The notes under the pieces were generated by a model. It was not told the origin of the DNA. It was given only the letters and a program-made list of their open reading frames with translations, and did not search any database. The position numbers and the translations under genes are program-made. From Octopus sinensis (taxonomy: Eukaryota): a DNA stretch of 64,000 nt. The stretch spans positions 18,414,001 through 18,478,000 of the forward strand of contig NC_042998.1 of assembly GCF_006345805.1 (NCBI RefSeq). The letters run 5' to 3'. Each line of letters opens with the position of its first letter. The stretch's first letter is position 1. Below, piece by piece: positions 38,165-50,482 of the stretch.

Positions 38165-38575
38165 AAGGCGGCGAGCTGGCAGAATCGTTAGCACGCCGGG
38201 CGAAATGCGTAGCCGTATTTCGTCTGCCGCTATGTTCTGAGTTCAACTTCCGCTGAGGCCAACTAGCCTTTCATCCTTTCGGGGTTGATAAATTAAGTAC
38301 CAGTTACACACTGGGGTCGATGTAGTCGTCTTAATCCCTTTGTCTGTCCTTGTTAGTCCTCTCTGTGTTTAGCCCCTTGTAGGTAGTAAAGAAATAGGTA
38401 TTTCGTCTGCCGCTACGTTCTGAGTTCAAATTCCGTTGAGGTCGACTTTGCCTTTCATCCTTTCGGGGTCGATAAATTAAGTACTAGTTACGCACTGGGG
38501 TCGATGTAATCGTCTTAATCCGTTTGTCTGTCATTGGTTGTCCTCTCTATGTTTAGCCCCTTGTGGGTAGTAAAG
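38165..38575 (+). mobile_element. SINE family A head-to-tail dimer
   Basis: Full monomer to 38397, then a second unit restarting at GTATTTCG (38398). Unit length is 183 nt. Confidence 0.92.
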
Positions 38576-40119
38576 CAACACATCTGTTGCTATTTTAAAG
38601 ATTCAGTCGAAACTCAGTTGAATTGGCACACAATGTATAGGATATGTAAAGACAAAGTATATTTCGAAATTTGCACAGAATTTTCAATGAAGCGGTCGAG
38701 TTTTGATGTAATGCAGATTTTATACTCTTCCTACCACTAACATCACAAACATCACAAGATAAATATAAAAGGAAACAAAATGTCGAAAATTCTCTCTTTG
38801 AATTCAAATTGTAAGAGACGAAAAGCCTTGTAGTTAGGAGCTTAAATTTTATTGTCAACACAATGTTATAGGTGTTATTTTTATGACCAACACACTGCTT
38901 AAGAAGATATGCAAATACTAATATTTGTTCAACATAGAGATTGTTGAAATACATGTAAATGTAAATAATTAAACATTACAAAAATATTGTAAAATTTATT
39001 GGGGAATATTTTTCGCATAACATTTGGAGTAATCTCGTACGTACGTGTATGTGGGTATGTGTTTGTGTTGGTACGTCTACGCGTATTTATAAGTTAGTGT
39101 GTGTGATAACGTGCACGTATATATAGCAATAAAACTGTCTGTTTGTGTGTGTAGGTGTGTATGTGTGCGTGCGCTTATATACGAAATCATTAAGGTATGC
39201 AAACGTTAAATAAACATCCATAATTATTTTCAAAATGAGTACACACAAATCAGTCCCAAAGAACCTTGCGAAATTTATGCTGAAAAAGTTTTAATTTTAA
39301 ACACCAGTAATATATGAATACTGAAGATTATATTTCAAAGGAAAATATATTAAGGACAGACATAGATGTCATATGATATGCATTATTCGTTTCACTGACG
39401 AAAACACTTAAAAATTTATGAATGTAATTAACTCTTCAGAAGATGATTCTCTCCCTACCAAGAGAAATAAACAAGCACTTCACAAACAGCTTAAAATACT
39501 ATTAAAAGTTTTAAACGATTCTCTAACGAATCTCCGGTAACAGCCCCGGATATGCATGCCTGAGATTACTAAGCGTTTAGAACGGAATACATGTCCAATA
39601 CCTGTCACTCGGAATGGTTAGAATAAAGCTGCGTAACAGCAGAGCTGGAAAATAGGCTATGAGGTAAATGCTGTTGTCATTGTACAGTGTATTCAATAGT
39701 TATTTTTGAAAGGATCACAAATCACAGTATGATTTGTGTTTTTGAAGAGAAGAAAATAACTTAGGTTTGTTCGTAAACAACATATTAATTTCTACGTATA
39801 TTGCAACTTTAGTCTGTTCTTTTATTTCGGCACAGTTAATAAAATCTGGACAATAATGAATCCCTGTTAGTGAAATACGTTTTTCGTGTATATTTTAGGC
39901 ATCCTTCTTTCCTGTAGTTCTCTGATATAAAAAAATATATAAATTGACTTATGAGAAGGAAATGCCCTTCCTTCCTTTCTTCAATACACTGATAGATTAC
40001 ACACATACACACACATGCATACATACACATCACACATACACACACACATACATACATATATATATATATGAAAAAACAAGTCAAAAATAGAAAATGCTAA
40101 AATAATTTTATAGTGAACA

Positions 40120-40163
40120 TTTCAGTACCGGTTTCGGTCATTTTGAGACCTTTTCAACTGTAA
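40120..40163 (-). ncRNA. Minimal type I hammerhead ribozyme, U3-A8 variant
   Basis: TTACAG-TTGAAAA-GGTC(tcaaaat)GACC-GAAA-CCG-GTA-CTGAAA. Palindromic stem III ACCGGU; predicted cut between 40126 and 40125. Confidence 0.85.
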
Positions 40164-40519
40164 CGATTAAATAATTAAATTTAGAAAAATTAGAAGAAAA
40201 GTTTTTTTAAAGGAATATTTCTATAGTAGTGTTCAGATATAAGTGGCATTCTGCCTTTCTCTGACTCCCTTGTTTGCACTTGTGTGTTCGAGGTCGTTGT
40301 GAGTTCTTGGTAGGGTAGTAGAGAAAGAGGGCTGGTGAGGAAAGGGGGTGGGAGAATCTGGGAGTGCCCTGATGGTCGTATTTTGAATGGTCAGTGGCGG
40401 CTGGCAGTCTCAGTTCAATTCAGGAGAATATTTATATTGACAGACTTGTTTATAGAATTAGCGTAGGTGTTATACTAAAAAACATTAGTGACAAAGTTAA
40501 GGGGTAGGGGGTGGAGAAG

Positions 40520-40750
40520 TAGAAGAAGAAGAAGAAGAAGAAGAAGGAGAAGGAGAAGATGACGATGATGGTGATGGTGGTGATGATTATGACGACGATG
40601 ATGATGATAATGATGATGATGAAGAAGAAGAAGAAGAAGGAGGAGAAGGAGAAGATGCTGGTGATGATGGTGGTGATGATGATGACGACGATGATGATGA
40701 TAATGATGATGATGATGAAGAAGAGGAAGAAGAAGAAGAAGAAGAAAAAA
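40520..40750. repeat. (GAA)/(GAT) compound repeat with an internal ~100-bp duplication
   Basis: Two copies of gaaggagaagat...gatgataatgatgatgat...gaagaagaag. Confidence 0.9.
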
Positions 40751-41487
40751 ACAGAGAAGGGAGAATATGAATGGGTGTAAATATAGCTATGAAGGGGCTG
40801 ATTAGTAATGGATTCTATGGAGTGTAATATTTGTGTGTGTATATATATTTTTCTTTTATTCTAAAGTTGAGGTATATTAATTGTTTGTCGTAGACCCGTT
40901 AAGAAGTGGCTTGTATTTTGTAATAAAGAGATTTTCTTTACTTATTCGTTGTCTCGAGGTTGTATCGTCCCTAAATTGGTAGAGGGGGAAAATTCTGAAG
41001 TTTGGTGTTTTTTTTGTTGGCGCAAGTATCTATGTGTTGGCTAAAAGCTATTTTTCTGTTTTGGGGAATTTTTATCTGGGATCTGTGCAGGGCCATTCGT
41101 TTACGCAAACCATTTTTTGTTTGGCCTATGTACTGCTCTTGACACCCGGAGCAGGTTAGTGAGTATATTAGGTTCTCCGAAGCACATGTGAAGTTGCTTT
41201 TCACTGTAAACCGTTGTCCCTGTTTGAAGGAGAACTCTGATCCCTCAATAAGATAGTCGCATATCCCGCAATTGGGTCTTCCACATTTTTTTACTGTCGG
41301 CTTCTGTGTTGAAGAGTGAATTCGGGCTTGTGTAAGGAGACTTTTCATGGATCTAGGCTGTCTTTTGCTTTTTATGATCGTGTGTGTTTGGAGGATTGTG
41401 TTCATTCTGTGGTCTTTTTTTAGGAGGGGTATGTTGTGGAGGATGGTGTCGAAGGCTTCGTTATTGAGAGGGTTGTGTGTGGAGATG

Positions 41488-41630
41488 TATATTTATATAT
41501 ATATTTATATATATACGTGTGTGCGTGTGTATACGTGTATATATATAGGTATGTATTTGTATATATATATGTACAGATAAATATATATAAGTGTGTATAT
41601 ATATATGTATACAGATATATATATATAGGA

Positions 41631-41697
<67 letters not shown>

Positions 41698-41749
41698 AGT
41701 ATACGTATGTATGTATATATATATATATATATATAGGAGTATACGTATG

Positions 41750-41806
<57 letters not shown>

Positions 41807-41835
41807 TCGTACGCATATACACACACACACATACA
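41488..41835. repeat. TA/TG microsatellite with a repeated ggagtatacgtatg spacer
   Basis: Direct reading. Confidence 0.93.
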
Positions 41836-43582
41836 TACATTTACATACGCATGTGGAGGAGTGTGTATAAATCCATGCATAGCCTAGATTCACGTGCACG
41901 CATGCACAAACCTGCGATTAAAAACCACGAATGATGGTCTATAAATTTTTCAGTATTAACAATTGGAATGTTTTCTATGTTGAAATAATTACTTACGAGA
42001 ACTCTTATCATACTTTTTTACGTCGTTCTTATCAGAAAATTCCCCGCTATCTTAATGAAAAGGCACAGGTTTTATTTCGCTTGTCAGCAATCTTCAATTG
42101 TCGTTGCATTTAAAAGATATCTGCATGCTTCGAGATAAATTGTTCAGCTGCATAATGTATGTTAAACGGCACTTATGCTGCGAAACCCTACATTGTTAAT
42201 GCGTTTATTGCACCATTAATATCGATTTGCGAGGATATTTTTGCTAAAGATTTATGTTCAGGAGCAAATAAGAAACCATCCGAAAGACTTTAATGAAACT
42301 TGCCTACTGGTTACGTCATTTTGAGCTTCTAATATTCCTCTCAGTACGACACAGTTGGTTATAATCAACACGGTCACAACAACCAAATATCTTCCTTATT
42401 TTATGCTACCATCAGTACCATATGGTATGCTGCCATAAAAACATTGCTACAAAAATGAATTATGGTCGTACATAGATTGATTCTGATCACGACCGATCAA
42501 TGGCAGATAGCAAGATATATATTTTTTCTATTATATCTGACATATCAAGTCCACGTATGTGCATCTACAATGTCTTTTGTAGTCTGGATAGTTTCCTTCA
42601 AGGAATACCAGGTAAGCCACCCATAATTGGATGCAACTCACCCAACAAAAACTCACTACTTGAATGGACCATAAACAAAACTTGACTTAAATAGGATTTA
42701 GATAATCCTACCAGGTGGTGTTATCAAGTTAGACATGGCCTGGACCAATCTTTGGTCGAAACATATCTACGTTTATCTAAGTTTATTGCTGAAATATCAA
42801 ATTAAGTATTCCTAACATAATAAAAAATTAGATGACCTAGTCAGAGTTACACTGTGTCTTAGGAGACAAGATCATCAACATGCTCAGCTTCTTGAAGCTG
42901 ATCATAATCAGCATCTTCGCCAAGTCCACCATCTTAAATAATATTGTCTAGGTCTACTTGACAAGCGTTTTAAAACATCTTTTAGCTATATCAGAAATAT
43001 GGTCAACACAATCAAAATCCACCAAATACAAATACAGAATATGAGTATTTATACAGCTTACTTGAAACTCAGAGAAACGATAGAGTTTAAATGAATATGA
43101 TTAAATGTTTCCATTACATACATACCAGACTATACGTTTCAAAACATTTCAAGTATCCACATTTTCATCGCACTATACGACAATTCAACATATGTTTGTT
43201 CCAACTGTTACAGTTATCAGGAATCTTTATAAGTCTCAGTCCACCTGATACAACTAACCTCTAAATCTCCTGAAAATCCAAGTTATTAGTTTTGAATATG
43301 GAAAGGTTTTCTTTCCAAAATACGTTTAAGGTAAAGAAAAGTTCTGGCTGTGACACCACTGAAATAGTTCTTTTCGGGCAAAGCTGACCTGCACCCAGAG
43401 AAATAGAGTGAAGAATAATAAGAGTGTAAAATGTATCCAGTGTTTTATACTAAACGCAAACAATTCATTACATCATGTGGGAGTCGGTCGCATGTTTTTT
43501 TTCCAGATAGGCGGATCAGAGCATATATGGCATCCTCTATAAAAGAGGTACAAGTTGTACATATTTCACTGGCCAATATTTA

Positions 43583-43798
43583 AAGGCGGCGAGCTGACAG
43601 ATTCGTTAGATTGTAGGGCAAAATATTCGGTGGCATTTTGTGTTCTAAGTTCATGTTTTAAGTTCAAATTCCGCAGAGTCCGACTGCTTTTATTTTAAGG
43701 GGTCGATAAAATAAAAGCCAGTTGAACACTGGGTCAACATAATCGACTTACCAACAGCCACAAAAATGCTGTCCGTGTGATAAAAATTTGAAAACAAT
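43583..43798 (+). mobile_element. Diverged SINE family A (A2)
   Basis: aaggcggcgagctgacag...agttcaaattccgc...ggggtcgataaaataaa...aatttgaaaacaata. Confidence 0.8.
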
Positions 43799-45618
43799 AT
43801 TTATTGGCTGTTCTTATCTATTTAGTCCATGGAAAATTAGTAATATCCATAGTCCTTGCAGTTATATCCCCACCGAAGGTATCCAAACTGCTCACGTTAA
43901 TTTTTCTCATTTGGAATTTGATGTATTTTTGTGAAATTGTGGGAAGAGAATGTCGTCCGGCGAATTGTCCTCGTAATGAGTCGGAGCAGGGTTTACAAGG
44001 GAATAAAGAATACGTAAAAGAGGAATTACGATATAGTATAACGATTAAGTGTGGAGTTGACGCATGTGTGGTTTATTGCTTCCTTGTTTCAGGCGGTAAA
44101 ACTACTGCTTTCGATATTGAAGTTCCATCAATATTTTACTAGCTCTAGGTCACTGACAGAATGTTTACTGCAATTTAAAATCGAAATATTCTGGAATTCA
44201 ATTACAAATGGTACATAATATATTATTTCAAATCATGCATGATACATGAATATTTTTTATTGGCATTGTATCCATCTTCAGAGAGAAATTACTGCAATAT
44301 TTATTGTATTTAAATATCAAATATTGGTAATAGCTAACCTAATTTTCGGGCAGATATCTGACACAAACATATCTGAATAGTATTTTATTACGCATCAGTG
44401 CCATTAATAAAGATAATATGTATCATTAGAATGCATTGTTTGCAAGAATTGCAGCAACGCAAAGATTATAGTCGATACCCCCTCGAGGATCCCACTCTGG
44501 CACCGGCTTCACAATTATTAACATCATGATTGGCTCCAGTTGATTCGAATCAAATTTTGTTGTCAGAAACCTCGTAAACAAGACAATATTACAATTCTAA
44601 GTAAATTGGATGCTGGATTTGCAGCTCACAGTTCCAGCTATTATGTATCCTGCATGATTGATGTGCATTTCATTAACATGTACTCCCCATACTTCGAAAT
44701 CACAAATCCCCGTCACCAGCTTCTATGGAGATAGAATTAATGGCAGCAGCAAATATAATAACAGTAGCAGTAATATCTATCCATACAACAAAAATTAGCA
44801 ACATTAGACAACCCAATATTTGTTTCTTGAACGCAGGAAACCAGGTTACCCGAGACTCTATAACAAGTAGCTGCCTCCAACAAATTTGCAACAAGAACAA
44901 CTGCACCTAATAAAGTCAGATAAAACTGCTTATAGTTCTATTGACTTCACTTATACTTTTTTGTAATGCTTCCTACACGCGAATTATCGATTACTAATAG
45001 TCACAAATTTTGTTTCTTTTTCATCATCTGACTGACGTTGCAGTTCACCTACTTCATATGTCCATTACGCGACTATTAATCAATCGATAATTGATTTTGA
45101 TTTTGCAAAAAAAAAAAAGAAGAAAAATATCCCTTTACGACTCAGGCGCCAATATAGAAGTGATGACATGAGATCCAATAGATCTTAATGATTTTTATGA
45201 GAAATATATATACATTTCAGGAGTGACATTGCTTTGAGTTAGCGAGCATACTTACTCAAACACACACACACGCACACACGCACACACTGTTCAAACACAT
45301 ATTTATATATACTGTCACATCCATCTAAATACATTAAGCAAATTACTGTCTCTTTTGTTTTCTTTCTTTTCACATCTCCTTAACTTATTCTCATTCATTC
45401 ACCAACAGCAAGAAGGCAAAAATCATACTATTACTAGTTTGTCTCAAGATGGCGGATGGTTTTCTGTGCAGGTTTTAGCAATCCATTTGGTATTGCTATT
45501 CACCTTAAGGTGACAGAAAGTTTCATAGATACGTTGTTCAGGAGGATTTTGATTTCGCATAATTCGCGTGTATCAAGTAATAGACTTGATACAATGTAGT
45601 GTGGGTTCATTTATTATA

Positions 45619-46181
45619 TTAGGTTGTCCGGAAAGTTCGTGCCGATTTTTAAAGGAAAGTAAAAGGTCACTATATACTTGCCATTACATTTTAATCAACC
45701 AAATATGAACCATTTTGTTGCACAATGCGTCTCTATCTTTACTTTAACTTGAAAATCCTCTCTTCCCAGAATTGAGGTGATTTCATGACAAATAATTCAG
45801 CAAGGTAGCTTTTTACGCCATCCATGGAATTGAAACTTTTACCATTAATACTATTCTGCAGAGACCTGAATAACTAGAAACCCGAAGGAGCAATATCTAG
45901 TGAATATGGAGGGTGACTAACACATCCCAGTCGAGCTGCAGCAATTTTTGTCTGGCTCCCAAATCATCAAGTGCCGAAAATGAGCTTTCTTATCTTCCTT
46001 TATAAAGAGGTACAGAATTAACACAGGTTATAGGAACATAAACCTTCTTCCACGAAAAGATAGGTTAAACTGTGCTCTAAATAGAGATGTAGTCAAATCC
46101 TATTTTATGGACTCAACCATGTTCTAAAATAAGTCGAAATGTAAGCTACTATAAATCGGCATGAACTTCTGGGCAACCCAA
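45619..46181 (-). mobile_element. Non-autonomous mariner deletion derivative, uninterrupted (563 bp)
   Basis: Same TIRs, TA TSD (45617-18, 46182-83) and the same internal breakpoint as 26548-28468. Confidence 0.92.
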
Positions 46182-46500
46182 TACATAGCGTAGATATAAC
46201 AACCGGAGATCACATCAGCCTTAGACTGACCACCAGTAAAGTTTTACTGATCAGAATAATTATACATTTCTTTCGAGAAAAATCCAGTAAGTGCCACTAT
46301 TTAATCTTTTTTAATTTAAATTACTATCTAAGCCTGAACAAATATACTTTGCCAAAGAATGTAGTTTTGGTAATAATTTATTTATGAGTAACTGCCAAAA
46401 CCTTGATGATTGTTAAATGTATCAACTACCAAGATTTCAGTTTTGTGGTGTTTACAAGTTGTGTGTAAATACATATGCTATTATGAACAGGTGACCATGC

Positions 46501-46547
<47 letters not shown>

Positions 46548-47140
46548 TCTATGTGTTCGCAAGAGGGAGACACACAGAAAGCGTGAGACAAGAATAGATA
46601 AATGGAGAGAGAATGATAGAAGGATACTGAGAAAAAAGAGAGAGGAAGAGATAAATGTGTATAATTACAAAACAGGATTTACTTTCGTCCTATTGAGACC
46701 CTACTATCACTTTCTGACCCATCAACGACCACTTAGACAACCAAAGAAGGGCTCAGATGTTGAAGTTAAAATGAAAGACGATGAAATGGTTCGCTGGACT
46801 AAGTGAATAAAGCGCCCTTACTTCTAACAATGTTATCGATTGTTTTATCTTTGAAGACAATTTAAGGAAGACCGTTGTTTTACAGGCATAATGATTGGCA
46901 CTTAACTCAATAGACACCTGAACACTTAATGGAATCTTGGTCATTCGTAATTAAATACACTCATTAGGAATTTGTCAGTGAAAATATCTGGCATTGATAT
47001 TGAATATTAGTAATATATTCAAAACTAACCAGGAACCGTATAACAAGATGTGTAAGAACATACATCAATAAAGAAACCAAAATCCAACAAATACTGTCAT
47101 TATTATAATATGATTCTAAGAAACGATTCCCGGCCTTGCT

Positions 47141-47177
47141 ATACATACATACATACATACATACATACATACATACA

Positions 47178-47209
<32 letters not shown>

Positions 47210-47290
47210 CATACATGCATATATACATACATGCATACATACATACATACATACATACATACATACATACATACATACATGCATACATAC
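47141..47290. repeat. (TACA)n microsatellite
   Basis: Direct reading. Confidence 0.96.
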
Positions 47291-47919
47291 AAACATGTAT
47301 ACATGCATATACTAACATACCTAGAGACAGTGTATGTGTGTGTGTGCATACATATATATATATATATATATATTTGTATGTGTGTGTATGCATATCAATG
47401 CATATATGTGTGAATATAGAAATGTATATAAGCAACGATGCATATATGTATGTGTGTTTACGTTTGCATGTATACATGTATTTGTGGGTGCGGTATGTAT
47501 ATAATGCCTGCCTTGTATGTAAGATACTTATGACGCCAGTTGTTCTTTCCGCTTTTATTTCTTAACTACTTCAACGGGCTCTTGTAAAACACATACCGTT
47601 TCTATACAGATTTCGTTTCCCAATATCTTCCAATCATACATAAATACTATGCACATTCACATCGTCTTATTTTACACATACGCATACAAACACATACAAA
47701 GATATATACACATATACGCGTAAACTTTCTTACACACACACAAACACAAACTTATGAATATAATTTTAAAGTATTTATGTGTATATATACATATACATAT
47801 GCATATATATATATATATATATAGACATACAAATATGCACATATATATCGAAGCATATATACATGTATACTCAGGCATATACATACACACATAAATATAT
47901 AGACATACATAAATACGCA

Positions 47920-47949
<30 letters not shown>

Positions 47950-47950
<1 letters not shown>

Positions 47951-48381
47951 CCTTTATTTATATCCTTTACATCTCCTTATATCCCTTTATATCTTTATAC
48001 TCTACATTTTTATATTTTTCTATACTTACACTTTTTATACATTTTTTATCCCTCGTCCTGAATTCTCGCCCCTCCATCTTCACGTCTATATATGTATTTA
48101 TTTATTTACATTACTTCAACATCCAAATTTCCTCATTCTACATTGAGAGAAGAAAGAGATGGACGCTTCAATTCTATGCTGCTGTCGCATTATGTCGTAC
48201 GCGAATGAGAGGATTTGCATCCCCAACCAAGAATTTTTGATGTAACACATGTCCTTGTGGAAGCTGTTGTGCGCGGCTGAAGAAGGCCACAGACATACAT
48301 TATACATTGTTATAAATCTGTCTAATAAAGGCCCAAAACATATGTACCGCCGAATCCTTCGCATCATGTTTTTATTTTGAT

Positions 48382-48385
<4 letters not shown>
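47950..48385 (+). mobile_element. Repeat G: probable Penelope pLTR remnant
   Basis: Pyrimidine-rich leader, hammerhead motif at 48273-48350, flanked by (TA)n. Classification is inferred from the motif. Confidence 0.55.
48273..48350 (+). ncRNA. Type I hammerhead with long stem II, G12 lost
   Basis: GCGG-CTGAAGA-A-GGCC(41 nt)GGCC-CAAAA-CATAT-GTA-CCGC. Palindromic stem III ACATATGT. Confidence 0.72.
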
Positions 48386-48420
<35 letters not shown>

Positions 48421-48439
48421 AGTTACGTTTTTGGCTCAA

Positions 48440-48680
48440 AAAGCAAAAAGCAAGAACATGTAGGGGAACATGGAGTTATGCAAAGAGTTCTGGCCATTTC
48501 TGGTCAAGAGAGCTTATTCCACAGATCCGCAACCTGGACGGAGAAAGCCTCTCTCCTTCGATTGAGATGAAATCGTCGCAGATAGAGCTTTTCGGAGTAA
48601 CCCCGCAGCCTACGCTCTGGAGCAGGAGTGAAGAACAGCTCTTTCCAGAGGTTACACTTTCCGCTTATGATGTTGTAATG
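48440..48680 (-). mobile_element. CR1-like LINE 3' end
   Basis: YNIISGKCNLWKELFFTPAPERRLRGYSEKLYLRRFHLNRRREAFSVQVADLWNKL. Confidence 0.78.
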
Positions 48681-48696
48681 CATATATACTGTATTT

Positions 48697-49400
48697 CGTC
48701 GTCGTCATCTGTCGTGCGCCTGCAGAGCATTGACGAGACTACAACTGCCTTGATATTGTCGATCCAGTGGGTTCTTTGCCTGCTTCTTGATTCTCTACCT
48801 TCCACTTTTCCTTCCACGATAATGCTTCCCTATCTTCTGCTTATTCGTATACGGTCATAATGGATAAGCTTTGGTGTTTTTGCACAATGTTCAGGAGTTG
48901 TGTTTCGCCTATTTCTTGTAACACACCCAACCGTATACCCAATGATCCTTGTAAGAAACTCGTAACATTTGCCTGTACATCCACATTTCAAATGCATTGA
49001 TTATATTCTCTTCAACATTTTTCCGAGTGCACGCTTCATAACCATAAATGCCTTCTGGCCAAATGATCGCTAGCGCTAGCCTTGTTTTAAACTTAGCTGG
49101 ATCACTTTTGCGACATCAGATATTATTAAGGTTTTCCATGGACGCTGTTGCTATGGTTAATTGTGCCCTATTTTCTATCAACGGTTTAGGCCCCGGGATA
49201 CACGTACAATCTAACATGTTTGAACCTCTGTCTGTTTAGGTTGCTGTTAACATTTGACTTTCTCTTTTTCAACAACCATGATTTTTGGTTCTTATGGTTG
49301 AGATAAAAACTATGCGTAATTGATACCTTCTCGACTCTTTCATTTCTTGTAGTCCGGTTTCAGTCTTATCAAGTACAGAAAGTAAAGTACTTTTGGTCAA
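48697..49400 (-). mobile_element. RTE-clade LINE 3' fragment
   Basis: GIYGYEACT...INAFEMWMYRQMLRVSY...EGKVEGRESRSRQRTHWIDNIK. GAC/GAT tail at 48697-48710. Confidence 0.8.
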
Positions 49401-50090
49401 TATACAAGAATTATGATCTATTCCTTGAATGAGAAATAGCTAAAGTACCGGCTGTCTTTAGATGGCACAAGAAATCATCTGCACAAAACCCAAACAATTT
49501 TAGAAAAAACAAGAGCGCGCATTCTTACACATTTCCTTGGCTACTTTAAATACAGAAAGAGTTTTGACACTGTAAACTGGAGCCTCATGTCTATTCTCGG
49601 TCTCCGAACATATCATTAGGTTCATGAAGATTCTTCATACTCAGCAAGTGCCTGCATTCGAGTAAATAATGACAACACAGTAACGTTCATAAGCGTGAAA
49701 GGAGTTCCTTTTTGGTTGCATTTTTTCTCCATACTTCTTGAACGTCTAAACTGAGTGAATAATGTAAAAAGCAATATCAGAAGATACCATGAAAATTCAT
49801 GATTCGTATATTTCTCTATATTGTATTTGCTAGTCAAAATATTTATTTTACTTAAAATAAGAAATTTCTCTCGTTGATTTGGTTGATTACGACCAAATAC
49901 TTCTCCATTTTTCTTCATTCATAGTTGCTCCCTTTTCCCCGTACTCCTTACAACTCCTAGCTGCTCCATAGAATCACTCTTCATCACTCTTGCTCTAAAT
50001 TTTTTGTGCATCAGTAGCGAAATAACGGAGTTATTCCATACAGGGTCAAAGCTAGTTGTATCATTCTGCTTTTAATGGGAATTGTTAATG

Positions 50091-50482
50091 TTGGTTTCAA
50101 ATTTTGGCACAAGGTCAGAAGTATGGGGAGAAGGGATTACGGTGACCTGGGTGCTCTAATGGTACTTATTTGATCGACCTCGAGAGAATGAAAGTCAAAG
50201 TCGACTTCATTGGAATTCGAACTCAGAATGTCAAAACGGACAAAATGTCTTTAAATATTTTACCCCGCGTACTAAAGAGTCTGCCAGATAGCCTCACCAG
50301 CAGTTTACCAGAGTGGATAAGTCGATTATGACGACCCCAGTGCTCTGCCGTTACTTATTCTATCGACCCCGAGAGGATGAAAGAAAAATCGACCTCGAAG
50401 AATTCTGAAATCAGAACGTGAATTCGGATGAAATGCCGCCAAGCATTTTGCCTGACGTGCTAATGAGACTGCCAGATAGCGT
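50091..50482 (-). mobile_element. Two tandem diverged family-A (A2) SINEs
   Basis: Both heads end ctgccagatagc (near 50281-50292 and 50469-50480). Confidence 0.75.

Larger units (their letters stand above)
40090..41490 (-). mobile_element. 5'-truncated Penelope-like element (linker, GIY-YIG endonuclease, 3' pLTR)
   Basis: [11 protein letters not shown]...KSKRQPRSMKSLLT...KCGRPNCGIC...NLIYSLTCSGCQEQYIGQTKNGLRKRMALHRSQI, then a frameshift to FRIFPLYQF...KENLFITKYKPLLN..*. Hammerhead downstream in the sense orientation. Confidence 0.9.

Noticed and set aside
42480-42720. Possible decayed APE endonuclease (PPIIGCNS...NPTR...LD)
   Set aside because: Resemblance too weak to call without an HMM search.
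42730-42775. GACCA(atctt)TGGTC-GAAA-CATATCTA, resembling the 3' half of a hammerhead
   Set aside because: No CUGANGA core or stem I upstream.
43800-44950. Several 40-110 aa protein-like frames on both strands
   Set aside because: They overlap in conflicting frames, are unrecognised and have no consistent splice pattern.
46675-46715. GTC(tcaatag)GAC-GAAA-GTA on the minus strand
   Set aside because: Core and stem I are absent.
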